This document shows, one piece after another, positions 25,404 to 39,138 of a stretch of DNA of 64,000 nt. Under the pieces are notes generated by a model. It saw only the letters and a list, made by a program, of their open reading frames with translations, made no database searches and was not told the DNA's origin. The DNA is taken from positions 161,704-225,703 of the forward strand of contig CBFFRP010000457.1 in the NCBI GenBank assembly GCA_965644295.1. The letters are read 5' to 3'. The translations under genes and the position numbers were made by a program. Each line of letters starts with the position of its first letter. Position 1 is the first letter of the stretch. The DNA is from Paraphysomonas bandaiensis (Eukaryota; Protista; Chrysophyceae).

Positions 25404-25548
25404 ATCGGCAGTCAGCATCTTATTTTTCGGAAATATATTGAAGCAAATATTCTCTATATAACTGCAACACAACTACGGCTGGAATACAGATAATTGTTGC
25501 CTCAATATTAGAGGCATCTTTGAACAAAAATACACAAAGGATGCCAAT
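25404..25548 (-). mobile_element. Family P repeat
   Basis: atcggca...tgccaat termini. Confidence 0.8.
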
Positions 25549-25911
25549 ACGCTATACTGGGCACACTCTGCACTGTTGGAGGGTTTATATACTGCAGTAC
25601 AACCAAAACGAGTGTTCGCTTAAAATCACTGATTTATATATAAACCTACAGTTTTAAATGAAAATTCCCTATTTTATATATGTATATACAGTATGTATAT
25701 ATGTATGTAAGTACTGTAGGTAGGTACATGCATGTATATATGTACGTGTACCCTGGTATGGGTGTGTTAATCTCATATGTATGTATGTATGTAAGTACTG
25801 TAGGTAGGTACATGCATGTATATATGTACGTGTACCCTGGTATGGGTGTGTTAATCCTCATATGTATGTATGTATATGCAGGTGATCGGGGTACATGTGC
25901 ATGTGTATTGC

Positions 25912-27698
25912 ATGAGTATGAGGTGGATGTTGTTAGTCTTGTTATTGTTGGTGTTCTCAGTGGTGTTGTGTGATGATGTGCCGGAGTGGACGGGTGGGGT
26001 CGTTAACGGGCAGGTGAGCCACCAACATACACATGCATGTGATGGCTATGCATGCATTCACTGCATCTATCTCACCGTATCTATCTCACTGCATCTATCT
26101 CACCGTATCTATCTCACTGCATCTATCTCACCGTATCTATCTCACTGCATCTATCTCACCGTATCTATCTCACTGCATCTATCTCACCGTATCTATCTCA
26201 CTGTATCTATCTCACTGCATCTATCTCACTGTATCTATCTCACTGCATCTATCTCACTGTATCTATCTCACTGCATCTATCTCACTGTATGTAGTTTGAG
26301 GTCGAGAGTTTCTTGGGATCCGGCTCATATGGATGGGTATACCGGGGGCGGGATGTCCGTACCGGTCATCTGGTCGCCTTAAAGGCGGAGTCTGTTAATG
26401 CCACCAAGTCGAAGCTGCCATATGAATGCGACATACTGGAGCGCATTAGAAACATAAGTACGTGCATGCATCTCATGATGGAGACAACAGTGTCATGTGC
26501 AGTGCACTGAGTGACTGTGCTGCAGGTGATCACATAGTGAAGCTGCACTGGTGTGGATATGCGGGCCTCCATAATGAGTATAGAGTGTTAGTAACAGATC
26601 TCTACGGCAAAAGCTTAGAGAGTGTAGAAAACGATGATCACATGAAGGATATCAAATATTTGAACCGCGTGAAAAATGTGGGCCGACAGATGGTCTCGAC
26701 ATTGGAGATACTGCATGATGCCGGTATGTGAATGAGGTTATTTTCTTCTTAAGCACGCACAGTATATACACGCAGTAGGCTTATGTGAAATGCAAAATTG
26801 GTGTATATGTTCGTGGTGATGATATAATGTGCAGGTGTGATTCACGTTGACATCAAGCCAGCCAATATAATGGAAGACCGTGCAAATAAGAACAAGTACA
26901 TACTCATCGATTTTAACCTAGCACGGTTGTACATTCGCGATGGCAGGCATATTTTATACAATGATGGGGGGCGGCGGTCAGGCACACCTAGATACATGTC
27001 CTTCAATAGCATGTTACGCACAGGTACTGAAAAAGTACATGAGTAGGATTTGGGGATGATATGTGTATATATAATCGAGCTCCTGTTATATGATACAGTT
27101 ATGGTGACACTGCAATCCTGATGATGTATCCCAATATTTTTCAGAGCTATCACGGAGAGACGACTTAGAATCTCTGGCCTACGTACTGATATCACTATTA
27201 AAACCACTCCCTTGGTCAGGAATAAGCGCCAATAACACGCGCGAGAAAAATCTGAGGCGCATACAGGCAAGGATGAAAGAATCCATTGACACTCTCTGCG
27301 AGGGACTACCAGGTATGCAATGCTTTTGATATATGCCTTCCATAGCAAGGAGAGTATTGACAGCACAAGTAGTAGCATTACGTGGTATTTGGAGGAACCG
27401 TGATAATATTAGTGGAGTACTGTACAGCATACGTGGATTTTATTTTTTGTATATTGTAGAAAGTATTCTGTACATTCACTGTTGTTTTCAGTATTGTGTA
27501 TTGTTGGTTTAATAAAGTTTAGAATATGGGTATAGCATACTGTGTACTATATATATGCCCAGGGTAGGTGTGAGCAAAACTGATATGTTTATTATCATTA
27601 TAGGAGAATTTAATGCTTTCATGAGACATACGAAATCTTTGGGATTCTATGAGCGGCCGAATTACGACTTACTGAGAAGCTTATTGGACAGCATGTGA
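25912..27698 (+). CDS. Casein kinase 1-like kinase with N-terminal signal peptide, 6 exons
   Basis: MRWMLLVLLLLVFSVVLC; LGSGSYGWVY, VALKAE, HVDIKPAN, DFNLA, GTPRYMS, TPLPWSG; last exon EFNAFMRHTKSLGFYERPNY. Confidence 0.85.
26059..26290 (+). repeat. 14-bp minisatellite (cacYgYatctatct)n within intron 1
   Basis: About 16 tandem units between the GT at 26014 and the AG at 26294. Confidence 0.95.
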
Positions 27699-28918
27699 AT
27701 AGTGTTCGCTCCCAGCAGACCTTAATACACAACGTCTGGGCCGAAATTTTATATGTGAGCTCCTCCTTCCTTATGGCCATGAAAAATACCGTTGGAATAA
27801 ACGTATTTATCATTTTTAGAGGCCGTCCATGATTTTTATGTTAGAAACACCGAGAGAAACAGTGCTTATGATCATACTGACTTTCTTTATATTCTCATTA
27901 GGGATGTAGAAGCTAAAATTTTAAATTACTATTGAAGATAGTAATACCGGCCCTGGTTGTCAGCTGTGAGTAATGCGAGTGACGATGTACAACAGCGGTG
28001 GTACATCCAATATGACAGTCAAGCATCAAGCAGGCAATTTATCAGATCTATTCGATCCAGCGTTGCAAGTTATATTCATGAGTGAAATTTCTTGAGTCGA
28101 TATACAGTCAGCTCACAATCTAATATGTCGATGTCGAAGACATCTCAGATTTAAACATAAAATCATATAAAGTCACGACTCATTTATGTAGTACTTTTAG
28201 ATTATATTCATTCAATTATTGCTATTATCTACAGTATTATTAATAGCTAAATACACTGTATATCTATAATTATGACTGCAAAGGCTTAAGAATCGTACAT
28301 TTGGATCTATTATTGGACCTAGTCAATTTAGTGAAATTTCCTAGTCACACCTTAAATAGTGTAAAAAATATAGCAATTAAATATATAAGCTTTACAATGA
28401 CTCCATACATGTTTAATGTATTTTTCTATCCAACAAGTATCAAGCATTCAATACAGTAATAAATTATTTATTACTTTGACTAGGTTTTTACCCCAAAGTC
28501 TGTGACAAGTTAATTCAACCAATTTGACTACTCCCTTTTGTACACTATACTTCATACACCAGGGCTACGTATCAATTAATTTATGCATGTTGTAGTTAAT
28601 TATAATTGCAATTATTTCTTGTTGTCTCAATTTCAATTATTGCAACTATTTAATATAGCTACCTCATGATTTCATATTCTGGAGGCGACGACACACACAC
28701 TTCTGTATGTATCGACGGTTCATGCGTAAAAACATAAGTAGCTCTAACTACCGAGGATTCATACTCTGGCGCAAACCCGTCATAACAATCTTAGCTCTAC
28801 TGAACAACCTTTCAACCTTATTGGTTGTGGCATGCAAGTGCTTCATGTGTTGCGGTAGCGAGTGTGCTGGTTAAGACATTCTTATATGGCATATACGATA
28901 TTCAGTATACCTCATTTT

Positions 28919-29681
28919 CAGGGCTAGTCAAAATAATATTGGATTGCAATTATTTGTTTTTGCTAGCTATAGTATATTATTTATTATTTTAGCAAGAGTT
29001 GGCCTCGTGTGTCTAACCCATGCTAGTGTGTCTTAGAAAATATACTTCATTAATCATAAACTACTCTACATAATCACATAACTCATCTACTATTATAACA
29101 TCGAACAATCATCATAACTACCTGCAACAAAGAACGCTATTCATGTTCGATATTAGAATTCGAACTATTCACCAAATAGCAAACTCCAAACTATTGAATT
29201 GATGCTGTCATCCTCATATAAACATGTTTTTCTTGTAATCTGTAAGAGCATATGTCAGTCTATCTAAACAGTTATACCAAGCACATATTCAGTACAACTA
29301 ACCTTGTTGAACGTTTGTTCAGCAGAACCAAGATTATCATGACACACTTGCGACAAGGAATGACTCCACGTCGCCTCGAACTTCTGCTTTTCCTTCGCTT
29401 CAACAAGCACTTGTGGACCGCAAAGACAATTATCGATGATGGACTGTCCGATCATAAGAATGAGGACGACAGTGACGAAGAGTTGGAACACATAGAGTAC
29501 TTGTTGCTGCATTGTTATTGGGTTCTCATCATTATGTTGTACCCTCTACTAACTCTTCTTAGCACCCAATATATTGCAACATATTTAATAATCAATCGTT
29601 ATTGGTCTTGAAAGTATTATTATTATTTAATTTTGCTTGCAATATAAAATATATATAGCGAAATATTGTTGACTGGCCCTG
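28919..29681 (+). mobile_element. Internally deleted hAT transposon
   Basis: TIR cagggctagtcaa/ttgactggccctg; TSD ctcatttt/ctcagttt; TTNLVERLFS..LELLLFLRFN. Confidence 0.85.
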
Positions 29682-29929
29682 CTCAGTTTGTGTAATTATT
29701 GATCTGATTACATGTTTAGTAATATATAAGTTAATGGCGCCAAATATCATGCTTTTTTAAATCTAAAATCTCAACGATTCAAAGTGAATATCATGTAAAT
29801 TAATGTGTCATATTATTTTATAGAAGTATATTCTATCTATATCAAAACTACTACGTAAATTGATATGATAATATTCATAATAACATATTTCTACACATTT
29901 GAAAAATTTACTAGCAGAAATGCGTGAGC

Positions 29930-31559
29930 TTATCCCCCAATTAATATCATTGGTCTATTCTTTGACACAGCTATCGATGCTGGAGAATTATGCCCCCCAA
30001 GGGCTTTATGCTTCGCTCTCACTGCACCACTGATCATATTAACGACGTCTGCATCACAGTATCCATCTAACAACAAAAAATACATCAGATCATAAGAGCA
30101 AGAAGCCAACGCCCAACAATCTGGACAACATACGTCTACATAGAATGAGTCGAAATAAGATGCACCCACACATGAGCAGAGTACTAATATGGCAAGACAT
30201 TCCATTGCTCTGCGGTATACAGCGTGGACGGATACGCATAGATTTGTTACCTCTAAACGCTTGCAATATGTTCAACTCATCACTACCAAATAGACAAACT
30301 TTTATTTTGCCATCTGCGGTAATCCTCAGTCGATTGCACCCACCACAGAAGTTGCTGCAGCAAAAAACAACGAATGAGACAATATACCATATATATGCAA
30401 TGTAAGGAGTTTAAGCGACACATAGGAAGTATTAAAACATGACATACAACATGTAGAAGCACGGCACACTATACGGTATATATATTTGATGAAATCGAAT
30501 ACATTATAAGAAGTGCGTTTAATAAACAATATCGCACCTGCTCATCGAAGTTATGAACCCAACTCTTCCCATATACCCCTCACTATCGCCAATGTCACTG
30601 GACTCATTTCCCTTCATACTACTACCTGCTGGTACAGAGGAGAATACACGATACCACTTAGTAGTGTCGTGGGGGTCCCGAACAGAAGATGTATCCTTGC
30701 GAATATCCACACCCTGGATAAGTATGAGTGTGTCAGAAGACAGTGTCAAAAAAAACTAATAGTAAATATGCATATACTCATGGCAAGTTATATGTGCACG
30801 ATTTATTCAACACATCAACGTACAAAATATGCATAGCAGTACCTTTTCTTTGAGAGTATCTATGGCTTCAAAATATGGAACCAGGGCTTTAGGATTCCAA
30901 TTGTTGTCATCGAAAGGCATTACCTCTATGAATCTAACATCTATAGGACTGTCTTTAGTTAGTTCCACAAAATCCGCTATCTCCGTATAGTTGACGTCTC
31001 TCATCAACACACAATTTACTTTAACTTTAAGATCTCTACTCGCAGCAGCATAGAGAGCACTCAACACATGTGCCAATCCTCTTTTATCACGTCTAACAAT
31101 TGATGCAAATCTATCAGGGTTTAGTGTATCCAGTGAGATATTGACATGAGTCAACCCCGCGTCACATAACTTATCCAACTGAGACTTCAACACTAATCCA
31201 TTAGTGGTAATACCGATACTCTTAATGGTCTCGATGTCCCTGCAGTGTCGTATGAGTTCAGGCAGTGATTTATTAACAGTCGGTTCTCCTCCAGTGAATC
31301 TGATTTTATCAACACCACCAGCAGCAAAGAGAGAGATGAGTCTCTTTCTTTCATTAAGATTCATAAGTGAATCATTCGGTGTGAGTGTAACTCCGTCTAG
31401 AGGCATGCAATACACACAACGGAAGTTGCATTTCTCAGTAATGCTCATCCGAAGATAGTTATGAAACCGACCGAATGTATCAACGAGCATATGAGAAGAC
31501 TCATTGGGAGAAGGGGATGATGAGAGAACCCTTCGGACTGCACCTGCAGATCGTCTCAT
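29930..31559 (-). CDS. moaA: GTP 3',8-cyclase (molybdenum cofactor biosynthesis, CNX2/MOCS1A)
   Basis: CNFRCVYC radical SAM motif, RFTGGEP, RFIEVMP, C-terminal RPMILIGG; spliced. Confidence 0.95.
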
Positions 31560-31586
31560 GGTCTCTGGTCTGTATGAGTGCTATGA

Positions 31587-31895
31587 GGCCCTCAGCATGT
31601 ATGTATGTGTGTATAGACGACTAGGAGAAGAAGGAGGACCAGGAATACAGCAGTATAATAACTATGTATACTGCTGTGTACAGTCTCTGGTCGGCCCCTC
31701 AGCATGTATGTATGTGTGTGTATAGACAACTGTGAGAAGAAGAAGGACGAGGAATACAGCAGTATAATAACTATGTATACTGCTGTGTACAGTCTCTGGT
31801 CGGCCCCTCAGCATGTATGTATGTGTGTGTATAGACGACTATGAGAAGAAGAAGGACGAGGAATACAGCAGTATAACTATGTATACTATGTACAG
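31587..31895. repeat. Three ~110-bp tandem units upstream of moaA
   Basis: gccc(c)tcagcatgtatg...aggaatacagcagtataa repeated three times. Confidence 0.9.
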
Positions 31896-33057
31896 CCCAT
31901 GTGTGTATGTGTGTATGGTATGTGTGTATGCTGGTCTAGATCGGGTCGTATGATTGGCTCAAGTGTCCCGAAGGAGAATTCTCAATGTTCTTCAACAATA
32001 TTACAAACTTGGACCTGAAAACCCCATATTTACATGTAAAACCCCTTGTTTTTATACTATATCTCTGATCATGTGGCTGGTTATGCATGTACAGTAGCAA
32101 TGCATGCATGCATCCATGTATTAGTAGAGTGGATGCTTTGAATGATGAGCCATATCAACGCGGACATTGGGATGATATTTCAGAGGATGGGAGAATGAGT
32201 AAGGTGTATTCCGGTCCACTGAATCTGGTCATTGAGTGTGTTTGAGCTCTTCCATACACGGTCTCACCGGCTTACTGCCACATCCATAGCGTGTATGTTG
32301 GTATAACATCCTTAACGCCACTACGACTATGAGAGGACCTCACTGCAGAGGCTATCACATATACGTATATGTCTATCTGACTTACTGTGTTCGTATCGTT
32401 TGCATTGAGTCAGTGACCGTGTATCAGTGTGTTGTATTATGATCGATGTTGTTGTCGTTACGCTGTGCTGTGTGCTCCATACAACACACGAGGACTATAT
32501 AAACGGTACATGTTTCGTGTTTATTCTTCATATTAAACACAATACGAAAAGCCTGCATGTGTGGTATGATCTATGTGTTCACTGCAGTTACGTTTGAGCC
32601 CTTCCTGTTCTTTACTTTACTTCCTGTTCTTGTCGATTACAGTATTTAATAGCATAACGAGTTTGTCATTTTATTCCATTGCTTATTTTCTGTGTTGAAC
32701 TATGAATTACGACGATTATGTCTACTGCTATAACACATGTGGTTGAGGACTCCGTCATCCACACACGTTTCAGCCGTTTGAGGAATGTACCCGTAATATT
32801 ACAGTACTATAATGATAATATTGCGATACTTCTTCTACGATAGCCATCAGTAGGCCTCAGGATTGGTACATATAGGAATACTTACAGCTTACAGGTATAT
32901 TATTAAATATATGTCATGGCACCTAGATGGAACGTTTTGTACCTATGGGTACACTTTAGCTACCTAGGTAGTAGATAGTACTTGTGGATATTTTAATAGG
33001 ATCCACCTATTGCAGACAAGACCAGCTACAGATAGCTACCAGTTCTTGGTACCTAAT

Positions 33058-33537
33058 TGCCCCATTCCGAGAGCGTACCCTAGCGAAGTGTTAGTGTTGA
33101 CTTCTTTGTGTGTCGGCACCAAGAAAACTCTAGCTAGATCTACACTATACTTGCTAGCCTATATGAGATTACGAGAAACCCCGCGCATTCTAGGGGAGGG
33201 AGGGGTGTGTGGCCAATGTCACACTAGACCTATACTGAGTTATGCATGGTCATGAGAAGCCCCGCGTAATCTTTGCTAGGTAATAATGGGAAGGTACACA
33301 TGGTCCTACTAGAATCTGTGCGAATTACATATATAAAAGTCATGCATAGTTATGAGAAATCCCGCGTATTCTCAACAAAGGTTAACACAGGTGGGGTGGC
33401 AACAAAATCTGCGCGTGATCTATGTGGTCAGCTACGTTGGTACACGGGCGGGTGGGTAGTAGAATCAGTGCTATATCTCGGTGTTTTAGGTGATGTTCAG
33501 CCAGCCTTCAATATGGCCACGCCCTCGGAATGGGGCA
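33058..33537. mobile_element. MITE family H
   Basis: Perfect 14-bp TIR TGCCCCATTCCGAG/CTCGGAATGGGGCA. Confidence 0.85.
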
Positions 33538-34780
33538 TCATGCAACAGTTCATCGGCAGTTCATATAACAGTTCATTGGCAGTACATATAACAGTTCATC
33601 AACAGTTCATCGGCAGTTATTGTAACAGTTCGTCGGCAGTTCGTATGGAAGTGCATGCAACAGTTTAGATGACAGCGTGACGTACACTACTTTCTAAAAC
33701 ACAGTAAAAAGTAATAGTCCGAGAATAACAAGTAAATTATTACTCTATGGAGCGAAGCACACATCATACAAAACCATATATATTAACACGTAACTAATAA
33801 CTATTATATTACACATGGGGTAATAGATATTCTCCACCACACAAAACTAAACACGCAAATTACACTTCCACTCCCAGCAAATCCGAGCTTGTAACCAAGA
33901 CAAAGTCTGAGATGTCTCGTCATCCTACATCAGTGTTGAGGCGTTATCTTGTCTGTAACACCCACCTGTAAAAATAGCACACAGATAAGCAAAATATTTA
34001 CATACATATACATATCATACATATATTCATTAGCTGGTGATATATATGCTTTATATAAAGCTTAATATAGGACTAGTCACATACAACAAGCTATATAATA
34101 CTTACAAGGAAGTAATATATGCTCGTCACACATTTCAATATTTAGAGTTTCTTCGGAGTGTAGAGGAGATACTATATTCTATATTATCTTAAAAACACTC
34201 AGTTCTATATATACAGGTAGGTCATTAATGGCCCATTAATGTCCCGTTCCCGGCAACTATAATGACATTAATGACAAATGCCCCGGCAATTATAATGGCA
34301 TTACCATTAACGGCGCATTAATGACCAATAATGCTATTACCATTAACAGTTACCAGGCCCTGGTTGTTAGCACTTAGTACTAATTATTTTTATTGCCCGC
34401 CATTATCGCTTTTACTTGCCACTTTCCCTCAGAACGTCTTCAATTAGGAGGAGCCGTTTTGAAAAAGTGCCCTAATCCTGCACCTAGATTATGATTAGTG
34501 TGATGATATGATAATTGGCCGGAAGTTTGCCCCCTTTTTTCACGTCGGGTATAATCTTTTGCACAAACACCTACAAAACTATAATAGTTTCGCACGGCTA
34601 CTTCTTCTTTTTCACACAAGCATTAGAAGTTAATAGTTCGCACGAGTACAGACAAGTACAACTCACGAGAGTATGGTTCACACGAGATTAGCAGCAAAGA
34701 ATACATAGAAATTATTAGCCAATAAAAGAAGGTCTAGGCTACTCGAGCAAAAGCGTGATTAATTCTCTCCACTACTATGT

Positions 34781-36718
34781 TTACCCTTGCCCTTGTTGGT
34801 TGTCATCGAATTCTGTTGTGGCATAGATTGTCGAATCTGGAACTAAGTACTTAACAAATCCAGATAAAGTTTTGCCGTATAAGATCTTTAAATCTTCTTC
34901 AAAGCAGAATATCACATTAGGTGGCGCTTCAGATGTGGTGTTTTGATGAGCCCTTTGCTTGACAACAAATATCAACACAAACTCATAACTGGTCCTTCCA
35001 GAGCGATACCACGCTGTTTTTTTTAGAACTGGGTTACAACCAGTGAAAGTACACTGATGCTGAACGAAGTTTTTGCAGTGTTGGACAGATGTATTCACAG
35101 TGTCAATGGTCAGTTTCGCGGACGCGCCCTCCGCACTGAACTTATTTTGGATGAACACTGGAAGGATAAACTTTTTCCGTTTCAGTTTACCAGAAGGAAA
35201 TGCCTCATAAAAAATTAATCGGTCCCACCCAGGATTATAGTCATCGGTAGGAGATAGTATAAAGTTTAGCTGAGCATTCACCTTATCACCTTTGTGGTAT
35301 TGTTGCAGAATTAATACTGCAGATGCATCCACGGGACACGACACGGCGCTTTCAGATGCTCGCTCCATATTATTATAATCTCGCTGCGCAACACAATAAA
35401 CGTCACGGAGAGGTATCTGTTCATAGTCTTTATCCGGTCGGGCAAGCCGTATCAACTGCTCCCAACTGCAGTGCAAATTCTTAAATCTCTTGCGAGTAAA
35501 TTTTCCGCGCAGGTCAAGTATCTGTCGAAGCAGACGACCCAAATCTCGATTGACGTGTTTTGATTGCGCCCAGGCATGCAAAAATAACTCAGGGCACATG
35601 GGCACAAACTTATGTGGACCCTCACCATCCAGCGAATTCAACAGGACGCCACGGTTCACCAATGACTCATACGTCTCATCCCCAACAAGGTCACTGCTAC
35701 ACACTTCTTTACCCAGGATTATCGCTTTCAATAAAACATCGAGATGAGAAACTTGTCGATAGGCCCCAATGAGTCGGCGCGCCGCGGAAGAAATAACGTA
35801 AGACAGATCCTTTCGATTGACTTCGCCCATGACACTGTTGCATACGGAAACAACATACTCAATCGATCTCGGGTGTCCACCGCACACGTCGGCTAGCTGT
35901 TTCAAGTTCTGATCACGATCCACATCAATATCTTCTTCGTTCACAAACGAGCACTGAACTTCAGTTCGGAGAATGTTTAAGGTCTGCTCATAAGATAGTA
36001 GCGGTAATGTACAAACTGAATTCATGGGGCGCCCGGAAGTTGTAGTTTCATTTATCATGAAAGACACATCCAATGATGAGAAGACAACGACATTACAGAT
36101 GTCTTGGTATAAATCAGCCATTCCACATAGATAAGAACGACAGCGATTAGAAAACTGAATTCCATCAGATCCTTCGCCCATTGCTTGCGTTTTCTGAATT
36201 TCATCAACCAATATCACTGATAGTGAACAGCCAGATTCTGCTACCCTATCTCGCAACTTTCTACGAATTCCTTCTTTGAAACTTTCCTTTTTGTCAACAG
36301 TACTCACTCTGTCTACAACTTTGTTGACACATTCTTCCCATGGGTGCCTCGACTGATCTACAAATTCAACATAATACAATCGAAGTAGAATAAAGAGTCC
36401 AGGGTCACTCAAAAACACATCACTATGTGGTGCAGCCACATCACAAGAACATCTACCGAAATCTGCAACAAAAAAATGAATATTTGATACATTGCGACTG
36501 TACAAGTGAGTCAACAAGAAGGTCTTCCCCATCCCTGGTGAGGCATGAACAAACAGAGATTCACGTTTACTTTCAACTGAAGATGCGCCTATTAGCGTTA
36601 TGGTTGTTAATATTTTATGAATTTGAGTGTCTCGACTCTGAGGAATGAGGCGGAAGTTCTCACCCAGCGCTTCTTCTGCAGTTGGTCTCCGCTGGATCTC
36701 ATGGAGGTTGAAATTCAT
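34781..36718 (-). CDS. Crinkler/RHS-type P-loop NTPase + restriction-endonuclease-fold protein, intronless
   Basis: Walker A ASPGMGKT, Walker B ILVDE, CGGHPR, and NPGWD..FIQNK nuclease-like motif. Confidence 0.75.
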   Translation of the reverse strand: MNFNLHEIQRRPTAEEALGENFRLIPQSRDTQIHKILTTITLIGASSVESKRESLFVHASPGMGKTFLLTHLYSRNVSNIHFFVADFGRCSCDVAAPHSDVFLSDPGLFILLRLYYVEFVDQSRHPWEECVNKVVDRVSTVDKKESFKEGIRRKLRDRVAESGCSLSVILVDEIQKTQAMGEGSDGIQFSNRCRSYLCGMADLYQDICNVVVFSSLDVSFMINETTTSGRPMNSVCTLPLLSYEQTLNILRTEVQCSFVNEEDIDVDRDQNLKQLADVCGGHPRSIEYVVSVCNSVMGEVNRKDLSYVISSAARRLIGAYRQVSHLDVLLKAIILGKEVCSSDLVGDETYESLVNRGVLLNSLDGEGPHKFVPMCPELFLHAWAQSKHVNRDLGRLLRQILDLRGKFTRKRFKNLHCSWEQLIRLARPDKDYEQIPLRDVYCVAQRDYNNMERASESAVSCPVDASAVLILQQYHKGDKVNAQLNFILSPTDDYNPGWDRLIFYEAFPSGKLKRKKFILPVFIQNKFSAEGASAKLTIDTVNTSVQHCKNFVQHQCTFTGCNPVLKKTAWYRSGRTSYEFVLIFVVKQRAHQNTTSEAPPNVIFCFEEDLKILYGKTLSGFVKYLVPDSTIYATTEFDDNQQGQG

Positions 36719-36831
36719 GATACAGTCACAATGTCCAATTCAGTTAATACTGATGAGTCATCCTTCTCGACCTTAATCATATTCATGCCCTCTATGTGGA
36801 TCTGTGGTTGATTATATATGTATGTTACTCT

Positions 36832-36976
36832 ATCGGCAGTCAGCATCTTATTATTCGGAAATATATTGAAGTAGAAATCTTCTATAGTACCTACATACAA
36901 CTACAGCTAGAATACAGATAATTGTTGTCTCAATATTAGAGGCATCTTTGAACAAAAATACACAAAGGATGCCGAT
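36832..36976 (-). mobile_element. Family P repeat
   Basis: ATCGGCA...TGCCGAT termini. Confidence 0.8.
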
Positions 36977-37100
36977 CCAGGCAGGCTAGCAAGGCTTAAT
37001 ATTCCCTCTGGGTTTTTCTTATAGGAACATGTTTTTAGGAATATTTTCAGGAATTTTTGTTGTTGGAATGTTGCAAAAAACCCCATATGTGTGTCCACGT

Positions 37101-37262
37101 ATCGGCATCCTTTGTATATTTTTGTTCCAAGATGCCTCTAATATTGAGACAACAATTATGTGTATTCCAGCCTTAGTTGTACTGTAGTTGTACTGCAGTA
37201 ATACAGAGAAATTTTGCTTCAATTTATTTCCGAAAACAAATATATTGATGCTGACTGCGGAT
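37101..37262 (+). mobile_element. Family P repeat, inverted relative to the 36832 copy
   Basis: Sequence identity to the other copies. Confidence 0.8.
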
Positions 37263-37411
37263 GGTCTGTATATCCAGCAGGAGGATGTGGGGACGTGGAC
37301 ATGGGCATGTATGTGCGTGTATGTGTATATGTACAGCAGGAAGTCCATCCGATCACTCACTTAAGTAGCAAACAACAACTAGACAACTTCTCATTCTTCA
37401 ATACCTTTACA

Positions 37412-38586
37412 ATGACTGATCTAACTCATCCGCGAAATGGAAACATACTGCCATCAGCGGGTTCATCCAGTGGTGAAATCTGCTTCTACAATGAAAAATA
37501 TAACCACAAGTGTCCCATGAGTGATCAGGCATTATCTAAATTAACGAGGATTGACTAACATCTAACTCACCTGACTACGACTACTTTGCGGATTGGCATG
37601 AGAGTCCAGCTCCCGATGGGAAGGTACACGCCACTATTCACGTGAAGCTGACCGATCCAGGAACGCCGATGTCGTATGTTAATACTGGTGATAGTAAGCA
37701 AAAGTATGATGGATCTACGAAGTTTAAACCGCCTGGATGCAAAAAATATCAGCGGATGATCTTGCTTTACCTGAGGCAGGGAGTGAGTTGCAATCGGCCA
37801 CTGACCGTATGCAAAGGAGTTTTTTATATGGGCGTTCACAACATAAACAACACGCTACCATTGAACAAAATATCCAATTTTTACTGAAGGAGGAACGTCT
37901 ACTCGAGAAACTTTTCAGCATCTCACTTGTATAGAGATGTCGGAGTGGACCTACGAATTTCAAATGGTTTAGCAACATATCATGATATGACTACCTCATG
38001 CGCAGTTTTCTTGGGAGATAAAGACATTCTGGACACTATTGTAAGGGATATGTGCGTAGGAATCCCTCCAACGGATCTCATTTTCACGGAAACTCGTTTT
38101 TTTTTTGACTCTACCGATGTCAGAGAGATTAACGAAGTGAAGACATGCATACAAAACTGAGGTACAGGTGTTAGTAAAATCCTTACAAATCACCACTTAA
38201 AGTACGCATGGGAAGATATGCCACTATTGCGTGAAGATTTGCCCAGCCACATGCTACTGACTGTCGTCAACTATGATGATTTAATTGAAATTGCGATAGC
38301 AGGAGGCACACGAAGACTTTGTGAGACTCCTCTTGAATGTATGCTAAGAACAGCTGATATGAAAGCTGGAATTGCCCTTGATATCAACAGCAATTTAAGA
38401 ATTGTAGGCTCCCCTGAAGTCCACGCAGGTTGCAATCCGGACGGCTCAGTGATGTGGGAGCCGTTTTACCACAGTATGAATAAATATTATTTTCGAGCGG
38501 TGGCTTCAACTCCTGGGGAAGATGCTGAGCATGTGGTTGCAAGTGACTTGAGTGAATCTATAAAGGGGATGTCAATATCAAGCTAG
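37412..38586 (+). pseudogene. Disrupted intronless gene of unknown family
   Basis: Chain of protein-like ORFs broken by frameshifts and TGA stops. Confidence 0.55.
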
Positions 38587-39138
38587 GAGATAACGAACTG
38601 AGCTGGAAAATGCGGTACTTTTCGACTTAAACGTAAGTTATCTCTTAGTCGTTACACAACGATCATATTCAGAAGACTTTTTCAGTTTAAATATTCTCAT
38701 GTCCTACATCTCTCACCACATATTTTGCTCTTCTATTTCTTATGCCAATTAATTCAGGGAAGAAAATTAAATTAGATAAGTAAATGTTGATTTAGATCGT
38801 AAGAATTGAGATTATTAATAATTACTACCACCTTAATTCATCTGAGCTGATGTAAAGTCACGTCATCAATTTACTTTAGGGGAAAGGTTATTTAGGGGTA
38901 AAATTATAGTGTCACACTAATTTTGTTGTAAAAAACTAAGCAAAGTAATAAAAATTCAACAAAACCAAGTTTAGACACACACAGCAGAAGAAGGAGGAAT
39001 TCTTCGAATCTGTAATAGTACACACTGGTAGTACAAAATGTGGTTCACACACTTCTTGAATAATAGCACAAGCCATTAATATGCATACTGCATACATAGT
39101 CTCAACATCTTAGGTTTTGAGTTATGTATTATTCTTGT

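Noticed and set aside
26059-26290. CRISPR-like array
   Set aside because: No spacers; it is an intronic minisatellite in a eukaryotic gene.
33540-33665. Degenerate cagttcat repeats as a functional array
   Set aside because: Short, irregular and single; likely transposon subterminal or simple repeat.
36750-36780. Hammerhead core CTGATGA + stem
   Set aside because: The required GAAA after stem II is absent.
37642-38586. Two in-frame TGA codons as selenocysteine or alternative code
   Set aside because: Other genes here stop with TGA, and the region also needs frameshifts; pseudogene is simpler.
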